The notes beneath the pieces were generated by a model, which was not told the DNA's origin, did no database searches, and was given only the letters and a program-made list of their open reading frames with translations. Made by a program: the position numbers and the translations under genes. A stretch of 64,000 nucleotides of DNA, taken from assembly GCA_002256025.1 (NCBI GenBank), contig NKIB01012837.1, forward strand, positions 1 through 64,000, in the 5' to 3' direction. Each line of letters begins with the position of its first letter. Position 1 is the stretch's first letter. The stretch is from Asterionella formosa. Lineage: Eukaryota. This document shows, one piece after another, positions 58,897 through 64,000 of the stretch.

Positions 58897-59802
58897 TTAA
58901 CCCAAGAGTGGAGTGTGGAAAAGAAGGGTCTGAGTAGTAGCTCCAACAAATGCAATCATAGCAAGACGAGAGTGCACAACTTCTTGGGCCTGGATTCTCT
59001 TGACCTCAGCGGCGCTCTTTCCTTCAAGAAGCCCAAGGAAGTCCCAGCCAATATCACCAGGCATGCCCTCAGCATAATGCTTGTTGAAGGTTGCAATCTC
59101 AATAGCTCCAATAGCACAGAAGACTTGCAAGTTTCCGGCGAATCCAACTTGGGCGACGGCAGCGAAAGGGTCAGTGTTGGTGAATTGATCACCAGGGATG
59201 TGCCATCCTGATCCGAAAGGACCATATTCTTGGGTGACCATACCGAGAATAGCAAGCATGCAAATGCGGCCATGCTTCAGTTCAGACCAACGGGCGTACT
59301 TCAAGTCAGCCTGGATCTCCGAAAGGCCCATAGGGTCGAATCCAACATCACCAGCCATGGAGCCATCAAGCTTTTCAGGGCGGACCAAGAAAGGAATGGA
59401 CTCGGACATTTCAGCGTTCAAAGAAACATCAGCCCGTGAAAACTGCGAAGCAAGGGAAACTATGTGAGAAAACTAACTGGCACAACATAGCGACGACGCC
59501 GCCGTGGTCAATAGTTTTTCATTTATGTGTCAATGCCAAGAGAGCAGGGACATCTTAAATAAATAACCAATTTATGAGGATATATTTTCAGGGAACAAAC
59601 TCCTTCATAAAAAGCGCTCGTCCGATTAGGAAGAAAGATCTTCATTGCCTAAATATTTTCTTCGCATCCGCTTGAAAACCGCAATGAGTAAATATGTTGA
59701 ACACTTTCTTCCACAATGAAGCTGACGTACCACCTTGGAGGAAGGTGCAAAGGCGGAGGCAGAAGCCAGCAAAGAAGCAAGGACGATGTTTCGGAGCACC
59801 AT
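58897..59802 (-). CDS. Light-harvesting chlorophyll a/c-binding protein, Lhcr-like, about 205 aa
   Basis: Exons 59802-59731 and 59442-58897. ASAFAP presequence, SIPFL.RP.KLDGSMAGDVGFDPMG, SELKHGRICMLA and QEVVHSRLAMIA. Confidence 0.93.
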
Positions 59803-61097
59803 GGTCAACACTTTTTTACAGCAAAATGGTGACGATTCTGCCGCCTGGGTTTCGACTGAATTCTACGCTATGGATTACGAGGTGCCGATCTTTGAACCTC
59901 AACTCGGGTAGAGTGTGTCTGTGTCGTCACAGCCATATCTCATATCTCACGTTGGAATAAGCATGTTGTCCGCCCACCATCATGTATGCCAGTAAGGACA
60001 TTTGTACCAGGGTACCAGTATCAGGTACCTGGTACCAGAAGAGGAGCGATGCATACTATTCTTACCGGTATATGATATAGTTCATGCTGAGGAGCGAAGA
60101 CGAGATCATCAGAGTGCTTAAGAATGCATACGTCATCACAAAGACCACATCGGTGGGTACCTGGTATGCCGTGTACTGGAGATAATGCACGTATAGTACA
60201 TTGTACATGGTACATGGTATCTGGTACTAGAGACTAGAGACTGCTGGTGAATACTTATTTCCCCAAGGCTTTTATATTAGACTTGTTTGTCTATCAGCTC
60301 TCAGTAGTCAAGAGCGGACTGCTTTTGGGGAATCACTTTCACATGATATTCTAAAAGATATAGCAATATCAGGTGTGCTGGCTGCCATCTGCACCCCAGC
60401 CATTCATTGTGTTTGGTAGCCAGTCAATCAATTCAGGGAAAATTTTGTGAAAAAATAGTTCAGCATGGCACTGGCAAAATATACATTAACATCTTTGACA
60501 CACGATGGTCCTGATCATACTCTAGAGACTGTCGAATATCCTCACCCTAGACTACTGGTACTGGCCAGTACTGGTACCAGTAGTCTGGGAGTAATGACCA
60601 GATAATACCTGCAAATTGCAGTCATTTGTTGAAATTGATAACATGACACAGGGCAGGCACTTAAGTACTTCAAATTAAATCGAGAAGATCATCAATTCAC
60701 AACTTTGAAATCAACTGTATCGGGTCATGGCCCAAAGCAAATGTAAAAGCAAGTCTTGCTTACTTTGCTTTTTTCTCTCAAAAATAAAAATCATTCTCCT
60801 TTTCTGGTCAAAGTGATGAAAACAACCAAAAATGGACAACACTACCGGTATATCAATAAGGATTGGAATATGCATATGCCAGCTTCATCATGTGCAACAA
60901 CTACTGTTACCCCACTGCTGGATGGATTCATGCTCAGGGTAACCAAGCTAGCATGTAACTACCGTATACAATGATTCTATGTACCGGTATACTAGCTACA
61001 TAACAGGAAACGAGCATACCAGTAGTAGCCCATGCAGTGATGACCAAAAAATTGTGAAAGCATGCATACACTTCTATAGACAGTTTTCCGATAAGTT

Positions 61098-62129
61098 TTA
61101 AAAGGACCAGTTAGCCGAGAATGGAGCCATGACCTCACCAGAATAAGGCTTGACAATATCCGCCAAAAGTGGGACGGATCCAGGGATGGTTTGTGCGGAG
61201 ACAAAGCCAAAAATTCCAAGCATGGCCAAACGTCCGTTGTTGATCTCTGCGACAAGTCGTCTTGCTTTGGCATCTTCCGACATGTTCTTCGAGAACTTGA
61301 AAGGATCGTAAAGGTTGAACGGAACAGAGTGTGGGATGGCATCGAATGTTGGATATTGTCCAGGCTTTCCTCCCTTGGTGTAGTGGACTAGACCAGATGT
61401 AGTGCCCTCACCGGGTGTCAACTCGGAATACTTTCGATCAAAATGACAACATTAGAAACGGGTGGAACTGCATTTGTATTGTCAACAAGCACGTTATAAA
61501 GACGCCATCCGAAAAACTTACCCACTCAAGGAAACCAATAAAAAGGACAATTTGAAGCTTCGAAGCCAAAGGAAGGGCATCCCACTGTTCAGGAGGTGAT
61601 AGATCAATGGAAGGGAAAGGAGTTCCGTCCAAGGTCATGGCCCAAGGCCAGTGGAAGTTGGACTGAACGCAGTATCCAACAAAGGCAGCCATTGCAACGC
61701 GGCTGTGTTTGATCTCCGATTGGCGCAACCATCCAATGGTGAACTCATCAGATTTTCCCCAGAAACCGGCGTCTTTCAAAAAGGAGATTTTGCATACGTG
61801 TTAATAGACTAGTCTTCACAGATAAATGCAAAGTGAATTAACAACACAACTAGCGCAAGCAGAACTCACCAGACAAGCCAAGAGGATCGAAGTATCCGAG
61901 AATAGGGTTTAACTTCTTTCCAAGGGCCTCAAGGTCCGACTATTTTATGCAAAGAAAGAAACAAACGAGGGTGAGAATTTGTTATGGCGGGAAATAATTT
62001 ACCCTGCTTTAGTCATTTTCAAAGCCAACATACCTTGGTCTCCGAAAGCTGAGATGCTCCACGGTTGACAGCAGCAGGAGCAAATGCAACGGCGGAGCCG
62101 ACCAACAAAGCAGCAGCAATAATCTTCAT
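61098..62129 (-). CDS. Light-harvesting fucoxanthin-chlorophyll protein, probably Lhcq-like, about 249 aa
   Basis: Exons 62129-62034, 61939-61870, 61772-61522 and 61430-61098. AVAFAP presequence, LNPILGYFDPLGL, WLRQSEIKHSRVAMAAFVG, HY.KGGKPG.YP, LYDPF and AEINNGRLAMLG. Confidence 0.93.
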
Positions 62130-62448
62130 CGTCGTTTTTGTTCTATTCAATCTGGTAGAATGGGTTGTTGGGTAAAACGGTACTTGAATATCAAGGGGAA
62201 AAGAGCCGCATGATCCTCACTTTTTCATACTAACAATCAGGTTAAATTTAGTATGTCAGCCTCACTTTATAGTGTAAATACATGATAATAAGATTTCCTC
62301 AACTAACGCTAACCCTAGTTTAGATAGATCAATTCGACTTCTGTGACTACAAAATTTTGGCGCGACAAAGAAAAGCATCGTACCGGTAGAAAATACACCG
62401 GAGTACCGGTATATACCAGGTTTGGTACCAGTAAAAACACCAGTAAAA

Positions 62449-62662
62449 ACTGCCATGACCCATTGAGTTAGGGTGTTTGTTTGACTTCTCCGACCAATGG
62501 TAAATTCTGTCGAATTTCGGACCCATCTGTTTGATAGTGTCCGAACAGCATCAATCAATCAAGCTGGACTGTCATGTTGAAATTCTAATCGAACGATTAC
62601 ATCAGAAGATAGTATGATGATAATAAAACAGCTAAGAAGTGATTTCAATGGGTCATGGCAGT
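62449..62662. mobile_element. Short MITE-like element (about 214 bp) with perfect 18-bp terminal inverted repeats
   Basis: actgccatgacccattga (62449-62466) and tcaatgggtcatggcagt (62645-62662) are exact reverse complements. Non-coding interior. Confidence 0.65.
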
Positions 62663-62903
62663 ATATACTTTTTTCGATAAATGTAAAAAAATTTATATAC
62701 AATTTCGAGGACGGATTAGGTTATGTGTTAACGCACTTTGATTTCATTATACCTTTTTACTAAAAACACCATTTACTCATGATGCCACACCTTCCACCAT
62801 CATGATGCTCCTCCAACTTTCAAGCAGTCCAATGATCAGATCATTGCGATCCCATTATCCACAGCATCACCTGCATCTTCAGCAGCATGCATCATGCTGA
62901 GGA

Positions 62904-63780
62904 TTAGGAAGCTGGCTGTGATGCAGCAAGTGCATTTCGTGGAATCTGCTCCCCGTGATGGCAAGGGTTGATGTACCTTTGAAGCAGCTGTTGTCTTGTA
63001 TTTTGTACTGGTGCATCACCCTCACGATTATACCAAATTACAAGAGTTCTGAGTTCAGTCACATTGTATGATTCAATCAGCTTTCCAGCAGTTGCTCTCA
63101 CAGCATCAACCTTGTCCACCATTTTTTGAAATCGAATATTTGCTCGCTTTTCCTTTTCGTCTTGTGCAAGCTGTTGCAGCTATTTTCATACTAACTCCTT
63201 TTGCATGATCCCAAAGTTCTGGACCAAGCAAGTCGACAGTTACCAGCAGCAAAGTGCGTCTGCAAATAAAAACCATCATATTCCTATGATGAATCATAGG
63301 ATTATGATCATCTGATAATAAATTTTTATTATATCATCTAATAATTTTGATAATTGCCCTTGTAATTTAAATAATAACCCTTTTGACTATGAATATTTAA
63401 GTATTATATGTATTTTTTCTATTAGATTCCTGTATTTGAATTTCTTGGAAGGATAATGTCGTACCAGTAAGTAATGTGGTTTGGCTCATCAAAATCTTCA
63501 TTTGTCGTTCAAGTCATCATATGTCTTCGATGAATCATCATCTATGTTCGTATGCAATCCCTTAAGATCTTGAAAAGAACCTTCATTGTTGTTTGCTCGT
63601 GGAAAAGTCGGTGTCCGTGTCATCCTCATCAATAGAGGGACAGGTCTCCTTCATCATTGCAATTTGCCACTGGAAAAATTGGTACCTGTTGTATCGTCAT
63701 TCGCTCATTGGAACCACTGTCCGTTGCCTCAAACCTGATTAGCGTGTGTGTACGAGCACTGTTGACTTGTGTACATTACA
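62904..63780 (-). pseudogene. Possible degraded coding remnant (transposase C-terminus-like)
   Basis: Frame-shifted ORF fragments 63106-63297 and 62904-63122 (…LIESYNVTELRTLVIWYNREGDAPVQNTRQQLLQRY) in AT-rich DNA beside a MITE. The resemblance to DNA-transposase tails is only a recollection, and no DDE motif was seen. Confidence 0.25.
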
Positions 63781-64000
63781 GGAGTGACTAGGCTACTAAA
63801 GTGCATGTTATAATGTCATACTCCATAGTAGTACAATGCAGAATACAGTTACAAATCAACATTGAATGATTGATAAGATGATAATGTGATATCATGATAG
63901 GGTTACATCAATGCATACATCACCAAAGTATGCATGATAAGTAATATTGAATAAAGTATATCACATAGCTATGATACATTGATCATAGAACTGTGATGAT

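Noticed and set aside
24985..62129. ChlH, HemW and LHC genes as a tetrapyrrole/photosynthesis cluster
   Set aside because: Widely spaced and interleaved with unrelated genes, and plastid-related genes are common in diatom genomes.
62300..62480. aaccct/ttaggg hexamers as telomeric repeats
   Set aside because: Isolated single copies with no tandem array.
1..64000. tRNA, rRNA or snoRNA genes
   Set aside because: None recognised by eye. tRNAscan-SE/Infernal would be needed to exclude them.

Overview
This is eukaryotic nuclear DNA, almost certainly from a diatom. It has short GT-AG introns, ASAF-type bipartite plastid presequences, two chlorophyll a/c light-harvesting genes and a silicanin-like gene. 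About 26 protein-coding genes can be reconstructed, many by joining ORF-track fragments across introns read directly from the sequence. They include a class C GPCR-like receptor (truncated by the window edge), a trifunctional purine enzyme in the unusual order GARS-GART-AIRS, two tandem paralogues of unknown function, SDH4, a UCH deubiquitinase, homocysteine S-methyltransferase, MPP10, Mg-chelatase H, a silicanin-family protein, a prolyl 4-hydroxylase, a sulfotransferase-like protein and ISN1. Further along are CEPT, TsaE, mitochondrial ATP synthase gamma, a full-length helicase-containing Dicer, a TLC/NTT nucleotide transporter, HemW and two LHC proteins. Non-coding DNA holds two MITE-like elements and two dispersed repeat families. 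The most striking unexplained signal is the palindrome TACCGGTA: I counted 24 copies by eye against about 1 expected, all non-coding and mostly upstream of genes. They come with possible CpG-deamination variants (TACTGGTA/TACCAGTA) and TACCWGGTA arrays. All calls rest on motif recognition and manual reading; no searches were run.
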